From Moraxella nasovis (GTDB lineage Bacteria > Pseudomonadota > Gammaproteobacteria > Pseudomonadales > Moraxellaceae): a DNA stretch of 32,000 nt. The notes below the pieces were generated by a model, which saw only the letters and a list, made by a program, of their open reading frames with translations, did no database searches and was not told the DNA's origin. The stretch is taken from NCBI RefSeq assembly GCF_022701215.1, contig NZ_CP089976.1, positions 690,001-722,000 on the forward strand. The letters run 5' to 3'. Positions 20,699-29,860 of the stretch are shown here, piece by piece; the stretch's first letter is position 1; every line of letters starts with the position of its first letter. The position numbers and the translations under genes were made by a program.

Positions 20699-21612
20699 TG
20701 GGTACGTTTTTCAAGCCAGTCGATCATCTCAATAAGTAGGTTATGCTCGCCATACTCTAGCACCGCTTGACGTGCGTCATCAAATAATTGGTTGGCGTAC
20801 GCACTTGCCTGTTTGACACCAAGCAAGCGAACATAAGTGGATTTTTGTAATTTCTCATCACTACCAGTAGGCTTGCCTAAAGTGGCAGTGTCAGAGACAA
20901 CATCAAGCACATCGTCTTGCACTTGAAAGGCAAGCCCAATGGCGTGTGCGTAACGCCTAAGGTTAGTAAGTGCGTCATCACTCACGTTTGCACAGACCGC
21001 TCCCATCAAAACTGCCGCCTCAATCAAAGCACCTGTCTTTTGTCTATGAATCGCCTCTAATTCTGCTTGTGTCAGCAATGCATCACAGCTCTCACCACTT
21101 AGATCCAGCTGCTGCCCTGCTACCATCTGCCGAGCAGCCTTAGATAAAATAGCCAAAAGGCGTGATATTTTTAGATGATAGCTTTGATCATTAAGTGGGG
21201 CTGTAAGCACTTCAAATGCCAAAGACTGTAACACATCACCCACCAAAAGTGCTGTCGCTTCGCCATAGACCACGTGGCACGTTGGCTTGCCACGCCGCAA
21301 CTCATCATCATCCATACACGGCAGATCATCATGCACAAGCGAATAACCATGAATCAGCTCAACTGCCATCATGGCACGCCGAAGAATCTCATCAGATATA
21401 TCACCACTTGGACAGCACGCCAAAAAGCTTGCTGCCACTAAAAGCGGACGCACTCTTTTACCACCATTTGACATTGCATAACGAGCCGCCTCATCTAACA
21501 GATTTGGCAGCTTTATATCATCAAACATCTGAGCCAAGTCATCGTGTAGCTGTAAAATTATCTCATCTGCCACATCATAAAGCGTTGTTTGACAAGTAGA
21601 AAAGGTGGTCAT
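20695..21612 (-). CDS. ispA: (2E,6E)-farnesyl diphosphate synthase / polyprenyl synthetase
   Basis: The first Asp-rich motif is LVHDDLPCMDDDELRRGKPT and the second is FQVQDDVLD. GGKRVRPLL sits about 46 aa from the ATG at 21610-21612, as in E. coli IspA. The track's 49-aa extension starts at a GTG in AT-rich promoter-like sequence, so I rejected it. Confidence 0.85.
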   Translation of the reverse strand: MTTFSTCQTTLYDVADEIILQLHDDLAQMFDDIKLPNLLDEAARYAMSNGGKRVRPLLVAASFLACCPSGDISDEILRRAMMAVELIHGYSLVHDDLPCMDDDELRRGKPTCHVVYGEATALLVGDVLQSLAFEVLTAPLNDQSYHLKISRLLAILSKAARQMVAGQQLDLSGESCDALLTQAELEAIHRQKTGALIEAAVLMGAVCANVSDDALTNLRRYAHAIGLAFQVQDDVLDVVSDTATLGKPTGSDEKLQKSTYVRLLGVKQASAYANQLFDDARQAVLEYGEHNLLIEMIDWLEKRTH

Positions 21613-21722
21613 TATGACAAATTCCCCAACATAAATAAAAGTTGGTATCATACAATAAAAGTGTGATTTTTGGATAATTTTCTTAATTTTGATAAAAAAA
21701 TCCAAAAATATGAAAAAAGCAC

Positions 21723-21750
21723 TTGCTTTATTATGAAATTGTGTTATTAT
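21723..21750 (+). promoter_or_regulatory. Candidate promoter for tRNA-Phe
   Basis: TTGCTT (21723-21728), a 16-nt spacer ending TGT, then TATTAT (21745-21750). It lies about 34 nt upstream of the tRNA 5' end. Confidence 0.45.
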
Positions 21751-21783
21751 ACGCACCACTGTTAAGCAATTAGCTTACGACAT

Positions 21784-21859
21784 GGCGCGATAGCTCAGTC
21801 GGTAGAGCAACGGATTGAAAATCCGTGTGTCGGCAGTTCGATCCTGCCTCACGCCACCA
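21784..21859 (+). tRNA. tRNA-Phe (anticodon GAA)
   Basis: The sequence is GGCGCGATAGCTCAGTCGGTAGAGCAACGGATTGAAAATCCGTGTGTCGGCAGTTCGATCCTGCCTCACGCCACCA (76 nt). The D-arm is GCTC/GAGC, the anticodon stem is ACGGA/TCCGT with loop TTGAAAA, and the T-arm is GGCAG-TTCGATC-CTGCC. CCA is encoded. There is one C:A mismatch in the acceptor stem (21788 with 21851). Confidence 0.9.
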
Positions 21860-21863
21860 TATT

Positions 21864-21899
21864 AAAAATGACCAAGATTACTATCTTGGTCATTTTTTT
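21864..21899 (+). terminator. Rho-independent terminator after tRNA-Phe
   Basis: ATGACCAAGAT (21868-21878) pairs with ATCTTGGTCAT (21883-21893) around the loop TACT. The T-run extends to 21899. Confidence 0.8.
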
Positions 21900-21970
21900 A
21901 CGCCCGTTATCAGGCTAAATAGATATCAGACTAAATCAGATCAGTTATAAAGGACTGACTAATAGCGTTA

Positions 21971-22006
21971 CAAAAAAATAACGGCAAATCACTTTGCCGT
22001 TATTTT
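21971..22006 (-). terminator. Rho-independent terminator after the outer-membrane protein gene
   Basis: AATAACGGCAAA (21977-21988) pairs with TTTGCCGTTATT (21993-22004). On the minus strand it is followed by TTTTTTTG. Confidence 0.7.
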
Positions 22007-22021
22007 GGTCTAATCAAAAGA

Positions 22022-22564
22022 TTAGAATTTTAGGTGTGCACCTACGCCCCATGTGTTTGCATCAGAGCTTAGGTAGTTGTAGCCTAGCTCTACACCGATG
22101 TTAGATGTTGCGTTATAGCCTAGTGCTACGCCACCAGCAAGACCTGTTTCGTCCTTAGAAGTGGTTGACGTACCGCTAACTGATTTATCATCAATGTCAG
22201 TTTTTGCTAGACCAAGTTTGCCTTTGGCATAAAATGGCGTGTTATTTAGGTGGTGACGATAAGTACCATACACCCCATAGGTCTTCGCATCATATTCACG
22301 ATTGATGCCTTGTGCGGTGTAATCTTTATTTTCACTAGCAAGGTATTCTGCTTCTACACCGAAGTTTTGGTCTAGGTTGTAGCCACCATAAACACCATAA
22401 GCGATAGAGCTTGGAGCGTTGCTTAGGTCTGTATTAACTTGACCTACTTTTACACCAATGTATGGTGCAGCGTCTGCTGATGTGCCATAAGAGATGGCAG
22501 CGTTCGCACTTACAGCAGCAACTGAAGCGGCAAGAACCAAGGCAACTTTATTTAAAGTTTTCAT
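22022..22564 (-). CDS. Small outer-membrane beta-barrel protein (8-strand OmpA-like/OMP_b-brl type)
   Basis: 180 aa. It has the signal peptide MKTLNKVALVLAASVAAVSANA, alternating aromatic/Gly beta-strand patterns (YGVYGGYNL, FGVEAEYL, YGVYGTYRH, GVALGYNA, GVELGYNYL) and a C-terminal Phe (GAHLKF). AGGAG lies upstream of the ATG. Confidence 0.8.
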   Translation of the reverse strand: MKTLNKVALVLAASVAAVSANAAISYGTSADAAPYIGVKVGQVNTDLSNAPSSIAYGVYGGYNLDQNFGVEAEYLASENKDYTAQGINREYDAKTYGVYGTYRHHLNNTPFYAKGKLGLAKTDIDDKSVSGTSTTSKDETGLAGGVALGYNATSNIGVELGYNYLSSDANTWGVGAHLKF

Positions 22565-22619
22565 CGTATTTCTCCTGTTAATGGCGATATCAATCGCACG
22601 ATGGATGTGTCTTAACTTA

Positions 22620-22647
22620 AATATATGGTCAAATAGGTATTTTTCAA
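22620..22647 (-). promoter_or_regulatory. Candidate promoter for the outer-membrane protein gene
   Basis: On the minus strand: TTGAAA (22647-22642), a 16-nt spacer, then TATATT (22625-22620). Confidence 0.35.
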
Positions 22648-22872
22648 GGGTTCTATATTAATTTTAGAATCACTTGTTTTAAAATCGCTTGATGAAATTT
22701 ACTATAAATACCTAAATCGCATTTCACTTGACACATCATAACAAAGTTTTATTGATGGTTTGTGCATGTTTTAGATGTGATGTGTAAAGTTTTGAAACAA
22801 ATGCTAAGCTTGTTGGTCAATTTATTGAATATCTGACATAATTTGTTACAAATACTAAGAACAGTTGAGATT

Positions 22873-22900
22873 TTGGCATATCCATAGGCTGTGTTACAAT
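22873..22900 (+). promoter_or_regulatory. Candidate promoter for gph
   Basis: TTGGCA (22873-22878), a 16-nt spacer ending TGT, then TACAAT (22895-22900). It lies 28 nt upstream of the ATG. Confidence 0.4.
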
Positions 22901-22928
22901 CATTTACCACCCTACTTTAAAGACTATC

Positions 22929-23645
22929 ATGAAAAATCCCACCAAAAGCTTGATTATTTTTGATTTAGATGGCACGTTAATTGATAGCGTGCCTGATCTA
23001 GCGGCTGCCACCAACGATATGCTAACTTGGCTAAATGCACCAAAAGCTCCTATAAATCTGGTGCGAAACTGGGTGGGCAATGGCTCTATGGTACTCGTTC
23101 AACGTGCACTTGCTTGGGCAGGATTAGACGGCTGTGATGAGAAGTTAGATCAGGCACATGAGCTATTTTTAACCTATTATGCCACAGGTGACTGCAAGCA
23201 TACTAAGCTGTATCATGGTGTTAAAGATGGGCTACAACGACTGCTTGATGCTGGCTTTATTCTATCTTTAGCCACCAATAAGCCTGAGCGATTTTTACCT
23301 AATATCTTACAATCTTTTAATCTGCAAGAGACTTTTACTTGTGTGGTTGGTGGCGATACGCTAAGCAACAAAAAACCCGATCCTATGCCACTGCTGTATA
23401 TCTGCAATAAGCTAAAGATATCGCCACAGCACGCCATCATGGTGGGCGATTCTAAAAATGACATACTGGCAGGCAAAGCGGCAACCATGACCACGCTGGC
23501 TCTAAGCTATGGCTATAACTACGGCGAATCTATCACCCAAAGCAAGCCTGATGCCGTGTTTGATGAATTTGGGGCATTGGTAAATTATATTATCACCCAC
23601 TATCAGGCAAAACTTCCAACCGCCAACGTTAAACGAACCAATTAA
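22929..23645 (+). CDS. gph: Phosphoglycolate phosphatase (HAD superfamily)
   Basis: 238 aa. HAD motif I is IFDLDGTLIDSVPDL, motif II is LATNK, and motif III/IV is KKPDP ... MVGDSKNDILAGKAA. Confidence 0.82.
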   Translation: MKNPTKSLIIFDLDGTLIDSVPDLAAATNDMLTWLNAPKAPINLVRNWVGNGSMVLVQRALAWAGLDGCDEKLDQAHELFLTYYATGDCKHTKLYHGVKDGLQRLLDAGFILSLATNKPERFLPNILQSFNLQETFTCVVGGDTLSNKKPDPMPLLYICNKLKISPQHAIMVGDSKNDILAGKAATMTTLALSYGYNYGESITQSKPDAVFDEFGALVNYIITHYQAKLPTANVKRTN

Positions 23646-25150
23646 GCACGATAGCTTAATGCTTCGGCGACATGAGCGGTGTTAATGGCATCACTACCTG
23701 CCAAATCAGCAATCGTACGAGCCACACGCAGCACCCGATGATAACTGCGAGCTGATAAATTTAGGCGAGATTGAGCGGTTCTTAATAGACTTTGTTCAAC
23801 TTCTCCAAGCCTTGCCACACGATCAATATCGCTTGGCGATAGTTCATTATTTGCTTTGCCCTGTCTATTGATTTGTCTTTGTCTTGCGGCAACGACCCTT
23901 TGTCTGACTACGCTTGAGCTTTCTCCGCTTGGAGCGTTTTGTAAATCATCAATGGGCAAGGCTGGTACATGGATATGCAGATCGATACGATCCATCAGTG
24001 GCCCTGATATTTTATCTTGATAACGTCTGACCTGCTCAGGCTTGCAATGGCAACGATTACTCTTATCGCCATGATAACCACAAGGGCAAGGGTTCATGGC
24101 AGCAATTAGTTGGAAATTAGCAGGAAACTGCACCTGACTGTTCGCTCGGCTAATGATAATCTGCTTTGACTCTAAAGGCTGTCTTAGCACCTCTAGCGTC
24201 TTACGATCAAATTCTGGCAACTCATCTAAAAATAACGCACCTTGATGAGCAAGACTAATCTCGCCAGGTTTCGGTTTTGAGCCACCCCCTACTAAGGCGA
24301 CAGCTGAAATGGTATGATGGCATGAACGAAAAGGACGCTCACCGAATTCATACTCCACACCCGCCACCGAATAGATGCTCGCCACTTCTAAGGCTTCTTC
24401 GTCTGTCAAGTCAGGCAAAATACTAGGCAAGCGAGATGCCATCAGCGTCTTGCCAGAACCTGGAGAACCCTTAAATAAAATGGAATGCCCACCTGCCGCT
24501 GCTATCTCTAAGGCTCGGCGTGCGTGATGCTGACCTTTTACATCGGATAAGTCTAACGAATACTTAATGCTTTTTTCATTTAGGCTTGGCATGGTGATAG
24601 GCAGTAGATCTTCCTTAGCCTGACTCATACCACAGACCACCTCTAAGTGCCGATATACCTGTGCCAAGCTGTCAGCTGCCAGTACGGTTACTCCTGCCAC
24701 CTTAGCTGCCTCATCAGCATTAGCTCGTGGCACGATTAGCGTACGCTGATCGCCGTTCGCCTTGATGGCTCTGGCAACCGATAATACCCCTGACACTGCT
24801 CTAAGCTCGCCATTTAAGGCAAGCTCACCCACAAACTCATACTGTTCTAGGATTTTTTCGTCAATCTGACCGCTTGCTGCTAATATACCAATGGCGATTG
24901 GTAAGTCAAGTCTTGCACCATCTTTTGGTAAATCGGCAGGTGCTAGATTGATAGTAAGCCTTCTGCTTGGAAAATCCAAATCACTGTTTAAGATAGCAGA
25001 TCTCACTCTGTCCTTACTTTCTCGCACGCTCGCCTCTGGCAAGCCAACGATGGTTAGGGCGGGCATGCCTTGCGACAGATGTACCTCTACTAGAACCTGT
25101 GGTGCGTGTAAGCCAACCACCGAACGTGTAAAAACTTGGGCAAATGACAT
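23642..25150 (-). CDS. comM: YifB/ComM family Mg-chelatase-like ATPase (competence-associated helicase ComM)
   Basis: 502 aa. The N-terminal Lon-like domain reads GLPEASVRESKDRVRSAI. Walker A is GSPGSGKT, Walker B is ALFLDELPEF, and the C-terminal ChlI-like tail is SARSYHRVLRVARTIADLAG. AAGGAAG lies upstream of the ATG. Confidence 0.9.
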   Translation of the reverse strand: MSFAQVFTRSVVGLHAPQVLVEVHLSQGMPALTIVGLPEASVRESKDRVRSAILNSDLDFPSRRLTINLAPADLPKDGARLDLPIAIGILAASGQIDEKILEQYEFVGELALNGELRAVSGVLSVARAIKANGDQRTLIVPRANADEAAKVAGVTVLAADSLAQVYRHLEVVCGMSQAKEDLLPITMPSLNEKSIKYSLDLSDVKGQHHARRALEIAAAGGHSILFKGSPGSGKTLMASRLPSILPDLTDEEALEVASIYSVAGVEYEFGERPFRSCHHTISAVALVGGGSKPKPGEISLAHQGALFLDELPEFDRKTLEVLRQPLESKQIIISRANSQVQFPANFQLIAAMNPCPCGYHGDKSNRCHCKPEQVRRYQDKISGPLMDRIDLHIHVPALPIDDLQNAPSGESSSVVRQRVVAARQRQINRQGKANNELSPSDIDRVARLGEVEQSLLRTAQSRLNLSARSYHRVLRVARTIADLAGSDAINTAHVAEALSYRA

Positions 25151-25350
25151 AATCTTCCTTAATCAAGACAGCTCACTAGGGCAAATCCCTAATTTAAGAA
25201 TGTGGCTAAAATAGAATCAATCGCCAGCAAAATCACCATCAGTTGCTTAATAATATTAAAATACTATCAAGCAACTTAACACAGCTGTGCAAAATTTAGC
25301 CACTTTTAGACCATTAAACATAGTTAGTTTAGGTTAAAATACATCTCAAT

Positions 25351-25707
25351 CTAAACAGTAATTTTTTGATAAAACGGTGATAGCTCCTGTAAGTTTACCG
25401 CAAACTGCACAGTATCATACTGACCTGTAAAATGAGCCACAAGCGTATCTAACACTGACTGCACAAGCGATCGCTTGGTTGCATCATCACGCCCACTCAT
25501 AATCATTAAATGAGCCACAACAAACAGTTCACCATCATCTGCCGACAGTCCAATCAAGCTATTATCAGCGCGATGAATACGACTTTTAATGTCTCGGCTA
25601 TGGGTAAATTCACCACTCCTAAATAGCCCTTCATTTAGCTTGGTTAGCAATCCTTTTTCTATAGATGGCTCAAAGCCTTGGGATAATTCTACGATTAAAT
25701 GCGGCAT
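25351..25707 (-). CDS. 5-carboxymethyl-2-hydroxymuconate isomerase-like tautomerase-superfamily protein
   Basis: 118 aa. It starts MPHLIVELS (catalytic Pro1 context, as in E. coli HpcD MPHFIVECS). IKSRIHRAD and AHLMIMSGR parallel the HpcD segments IRSRVHWVD and TLKIGAGR. AAGGAAG lies upstream of the ATG, which is 14 nt after the rapA stop. Confidence 0.72.
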   Translation of the reverse strand: MPHLIVELSQGFEPSIEKGLLTKLNEGLFRSGEFTHSRDIKSRIHRADNSLIGLSADDGELFVVAHLMIMSGRDDATKRSLVQSVLDTLVAHFTGQYDTVQFAVNLQELSPFYQKITV

Positions 25708-25721
25708 AGACTTCCTTAATG

Positions 25722-28586
25722 TTAATGTGGCTTAACTGTAACCAATACACGAATGCTATCAGGCACAAGCGACAGCTGGCTTAACGCCTCCACGCCCTGA
25801 GTGTGCATCGCTTCTAGTTGTGCGATTTCGTCATCTCGTACATTTGGGTTAATCAGTTGTAAGCGTTTTAGGCGACTGATTTCTTTATTCATCTGCTCGC
25901 TAAACTGTGCCATCGCTTGCTGACTAATAGCGTCCAGCTCTTTGCTTGCAATGTCTTTGGCACATCCTGCCTGCGTCTCGATAACATGGGTGCGAGCTTT
26001 CACCACTTGGCGTGCCTTAAATTTATCAAGCCTTTCAATTAATGGCAGCAGTTTTTCTGGGGTTGCGACATTGCTAAGATTATCGCCACGCTCACTTAGC
26101 AGTACACGCACCACCTGTGTAGGAATGTAAGCAGATAGATTAAGCTGTTTTGGGGCGACCACCTCAATTCTAAAATGACATTCAAGTAATAGCATACCTT
26201 GTGGCATGGCAGCAGTCTTTAATAAGGCAACTTGCGTATTGCCAAATGTACCACTTGTTAGCATCTCTAGGACTGCCGACACCAAAGGGTGTTCATAGGT
26301 CATGTACTGCATGTCTTCACGAATTAACGCTTGCGTGCGACTAAAAGTCAATGTCATGCCGTCTTCATCAAGCGGTAAGCTCTCCACCCCTTCAATGTCA
26401 ATCTCACTGGCGTCAATCGGATGTACCACCCATGAATTATCGCGTTGTACACTATAATCAATGCCGACCGCCTCAAAATATCGATCTAAAAACATTGGTA
26501 GTAATGTTGACCTATCCAATGTGTGCATAGCATCTGCAATGCGAGCGGCTGTCTTTGGTCTGCAAGAATTATACTCAAGCAAGCGATCTCTCCCTGCTTG
26601 CAACTCAGCTTCTAGCTTACAGCGAAGAGCTGCCCCATCTGCGATGATATGAGCAATAGCATCAAGGTTATCATCAGTGCTTGGAGCTTGTAATAATGGC
26701 TTTAAGCTTGCGATGTAAGTTTCTTGAACAGTTTGGGCAGTTGGGCTAATTTGGTTAAAGATATTTAGTGCTTTATCATACCAGTTATACAGCTTTTCTT
26801 GGGCTGTTCCTACCACAAAAGGCACATGTAAGGTAATCTTAGCAATCTGTCCAATGCGGTCAAGTCGTCCGATACGCTGCTCTAGTGTATCAGGATTGGC
26901 AGGCAAATCAAACAGCACTAAGTCTTGAACAAACTGAAAGTTACGCCCCTCTGAGCCAATCTCTGAACATAATAAAATCTGAGCTCCGTCCTCATCAGCA
27001 AAGTATGCTGCTGCCTGATCTCGCTCAAGCAGCGTCATCTGCTCGGTAAAGACTGCCGTCTTAATACCTGCGTGCAGACGTAAGACCGCCTCTAAGCTTT
27101 CGATAGTCGCACCAGATCTTGCGATTAATAAAGCCTTTTTATGTTTTAGGTCATCTTTTAATAAGCCAATAAGCCAGCCCACTCGTGGATCATGCTCAAG
27201 CCACGAACCATCAGGATAATTCTCCTCTCCCCACAGCTGCTCACGCAATTTACCATGCGTGTAGTGTGTGTTTTGCCATGCGTTTGGCAACGGCAAAGGA
27301 TACGGAATGCTCGTACGCCCAAAGAAACCTTGCACACTCTCACGAGTATTACGAAACAGTACCCGCCCTGTGCCATGGCGATCTAGCAGTTCATTAATGA
27401 TATGTGTTCTTAACTTTTCATTATGATTAATATCATCAATGTCACTTTTATCAAAGCCAAGCAAACCTGCGACTGCAGCAATCTGCTTATCACTTAAAGG
27501 CTTGCCATCAATCAATAAAGTTGCCACCGCTGCCACATCAGCAAAAGCCTCTTGAGAATCAACGAAATCATCTAAATCATCAAAGCGATGTGGGTCAAGC
27601 AATCTAAGACGAGCAAAATGACTCTCCACACCCAGCTGCTCTGGTGTTGCGGTTAGTAATAGCACGCCTGCTGTATTTTGAGCAAAATCTGCCACCAAGT
27701 CATATTTATCATTACCGCCCTGCTCGCTATCCCAGTGCAAATGATGAGCCTCGTCTACCACAAGCAAATCAAACCCTGCTGCATATGCCTGCTCATATAA
27801 GTCATGATGGTCAAGCAATAGATCAATACTTGCAATAATCAGCTGCTCTGTGGCAAAGACGTTTTGATCAGGATTATGCTCTTTGATAGACGCTGTACGC
27901 ACCAAGTCAAATAATGCAAAATCCAAGTTAAACCGACTTTTTAGCTCAATCATCCACTGGTGCTGTAAGCTGTCTGGTACGAGTACCAGCACTCGGCTCG
28001 CCTTAGCTGTCATAATCTGCTGATGAATGATTAGCCCAGCTTCGATAGTCTTGCCAAGACCGACTTCATCTGCCAAAAGCACCCTTGGTGCTAGACGCTT
28101 GCCAACTTCATGAGCGATATACAGCTGGTGGCGAATGATGTCCACTCTAGCACCGATAAGCCCACGCAAGGGGTGACGGCTTAACATCGCCTTAACTTTT
28201 AAGGCGTCTTGGCGTAAATCATACCATTCGCTATTTTCAATACGCCCCGCTAACAGCCGCTCTAAGGGTTTCGCCAGTGAGATATTTGCTGCAAGCCTTG
28301 TCTCCATCAAGGACTTACCGCAGGTTAGATGGTATCGCATGACGTGTGCAATCTCTTCACAGCGTTCCACCACATAGCGATTGCCATCCTGATCGCTGAT
28401 AGTATCTCCGACACAGAACACCACACGAGATAAGAGTGCCGATGCTTTAGCATAGACTCGTGTCTCTTCAGACTGCGGGAATAAAATATGCACGCAGCGA
28501 TCATCAACATCGACGACCACCCCAAGACCTAAATTACTCTCAGAATCTGACAAATAACGCTGACCGATGGCAAATAATTGGCTCAT
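25722..28586 (-). CDS. rapA: RNA polymerase-associated SNF2-family ATPase RapA (HepA)
   Basis: 954 aa. SNF2 motif I is LADEVGLGKTIEAG and motif II is LLVVDEAHHL. The helicase C motifs are SEIGSEGRNFQF and QRIGRLDRIGQ. The length and N-terminal Tudor-like region match RapA. Confidence 0.9.
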   Translation of the reverse strand: MSQLFAIGQRYLSDSESNLGLGVVVDVDDRCVHILFPQSEETRVYAKASALLSRVVFCVGDTISDQDGNRYVVERCEEIAHVMRYHLTCGKSLMETRLAANISLAKPLERLLAGRIENSEWYDLRQDALKVKAMLSRHPLRGLIGARVDIIRHQLYIAHEVGKRLAPRVLLADEVGLGKTIEAGLIIHQQIMTAKASRVLVLVPDSLQHQWMIELKSRFNLDFALFDLVRTASIKEHNPDQNVFATEQLIIASIDLLLDHHDLYEQAYAAGFDLLVVDEAHHLHWDSEQGGNDKYDLVADFAQNTAGVLLLTATPEQLGVESHFARLRLLDPHRFDDLDDFVDSQEAFADVAAVATLLIDGKPLSDKQIAAVAGLLGFDKSDIDDINHNEKLRTHIINELLDRHGTGRVLFRNTRESVQGFFGRTSIPYPLPLPNAWQNTHYTHGKLREQLWGEENYPDGSWLEHDPRVGWLIGLLKDDLKHKKALLIARSGATIESLEAVLRLHAGIKTAVFTEQMTLLERDQAAAYFADEDGAQILLCSEIGSEGRNFQFVQDLVLFDLPANPDTLEQRIGRLDRIGQIAKITLHVPFVVGTAQEKLYNWYDKALNIFNQISPTAQTVQETYIASLKPLLQAPSTDDNLDAIAHIIADGAALRCKLEAELQAGRDRLLEYNSCRPKTAARIADAMHTLDRSTLLPMFLDRYFEAVGIDYSVQRDNSWVVHPIDASEIDIEGVESLPLDEDGMTLTFSRTQALIREDMQYMTYEHPLVSAVLEMLTSGTFGNTQVALLKTAAMPQGMLLLECHFRIEVVAPKQLNLSAYIPTQVVRVLLSERGDNLSNVATPEKLLPLIERLDKFKARQVVKARTHVIETQAGCAKDIASKELDAISQQAMAQFSEQMNKEISRLKRLQLINPNVRDDEIAQLEAMHTQGVEALSQLSLVPDSIRVLVTVKPH

Positions 28587-28770
28587 AAAACACTCTTACT
28601 TAAGTCGTTTACCAGAGCTTAACACATTAAGCCTAGTATATGTTAAACCGCAAACAAAAACTTTCATTTTACTAAACTTCGTTAAATTTCGCACCTTTTT
28701 TTGATGTTTTTATCAAAATGGCATTAAAATCTGTTATAGTTTAGCGACACTCACAACCCTTAGTTTCATC

Positions 28771-29706
28771 ATGAAAGCTGTATTTTTAGATGCTGCCACT
28801 TTCAGCAGCCAAGTTGATTTATCACTGCCAAAGTGCATCACAGACTACGAACGCTACGACAGTACAAAGACAGACCAGATCATCGATCGTTGCTATGATG
28901 CTGACATCATTATCACCAATAAAGTCGTTATCACAGCAGATATCATCAGTAAGCTCCCCAAGCTAAAACTAATCCACGTTACCGCCACAGGCGTAAATAA
29001 CATTGACGTCAAGGCGTGTGATGAGTGCGGTATCACCGTCAAAAATGTCGCAGGCTATTCAGTTAAGAGCGTCCCTGAGCATACATTTATGCTGCTGTTA
29101 AATATCATGCGGGCAGCTCGCCACTACCACCAAAAAGCCACAGACGGTACTTGGCAGGCTGATGGGCGATTTTGTCTATTAGATGAGCCGATTTTTGATT
29201 TATCAGGTAAGACCATCGGCATCATCGGTTCTGGCAATATTGGGCGGCAGGTCGGTAAAATCGCTGCAGCCTTTGGTATGACCGTACTGTTTGCCGAACG
29301 GCGTGGGCGAGTGCCAAGAAGTAAAGAATACAGCGACTTTTACACGGTATTACAGACCGCTGACGTACTAAGCTTGCACTGCCCGTTAACTGATGACACT
29401 TACCATCTTATCAGTAACGACACCTTAGAGCAGATGCATAAAAAGCCTGTCATCATTAATGTCGCACGCGGTGACATCGTAGATAGCCATGCCATCGTCC
29501 ATGCCATTACCACAGGGCAAATCACAGGCTATGCAACAGACGTATTTCCCCACGAGCCATTTAATGATGATGAGCCATTACTAAACCTAAAAGACCATCC
29601 TAGAGTGTTTTTTACACCACATAACGCTTGGGGTAGTCTAAATGCCCAAAGAACATTATGGGGTATTTTATGTAGGCAGATTGATGAGTTTATATCTCAT
29701 GTGTGA
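28771..29706 (+). CDS. D-isomer-specific 2-hydroxyacid dehydrogenase (glycerate dehydrogenase-like)
   Basis: 311 aa. The NAD motif is GIIGSGNIGRQVGKIAAAFGM. The catalytic Arg/Glu/His contexts are NVARGDIVD, DVFPHEP and TPHNAWGS. Confidence 0.85.
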   Translation: MKAVFLDAATFSSQVDLSLPKCITDYERYDSTKTDQIIDRCYDADIIITNKVVITADIISKLPKLKLIHVTATGVNNIDVKACDECGITVKNVAGYSVKSVPEHTFMLLLNIMRAARHYHQKATDGTWQADGRFCLLDEPIFDLSGKTIGIIGSGNIGRQVGKIAAAFGMTVLFAERRGRVPRSKEYSDFYTVLQTADVLSLHCPLTDDTYHLISNDTLEQMHKKPVIINVARGDIVDSHAIVHAITTGQITGYATDVFPHEPFNDDEPLLNLKDHPRVFFTPHNAWGSLNAQRTLWGILCRQIDEFISHV

Positions 29707-29750
29707 ACTAACCCAGCCTTAAGTGACTGTTTAAGCAGTTTGGTTTTCTT

Positions 29751-29784
29751 AAAAAAGCAGTGCTTGTATTTATACAGCACTGCC
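29751..29784 (-). terminator. Rho-independent terminator of the sigma/anti-sigma operon
   Basis: GCAGTGCT (29757-29764) pairs with AGCACTGC (29776-29783). On the minus strand it is followed by TTTTTT (29756-29751). There is no T-run on the plus strand. Confidence 0.7.
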
Positions 29785-29860
29785 ATAAGTGATTGGGTTT
29801 ACTAAGACATTTTTAATCCAAACCAACGACATTTTAATGGTCTAAAATCAAGCATACGCC

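Noticed and set aside
21216-21599. 127-aa His/Pro-rich plus-strand ORF inside ispA
   Set aside because: It is antisense to a gene with both polyprenyl-synthase DDxxD motifs. Its composition is low-complexity and it has no RBS.
21613-21759. Long N-terminal extensions in the ORF track: ispA from GTG 21759, murD from TTG 17202, nuclease from 19512, doxX from TTG 31443
   Set aside because: The extensions start at non-ATG codons or overlap the neighbouring divergent gene. They run through AT-rich promoter-like DNA and add residues absent from well-known homologues. Internal ATGs give collinear N-termini.
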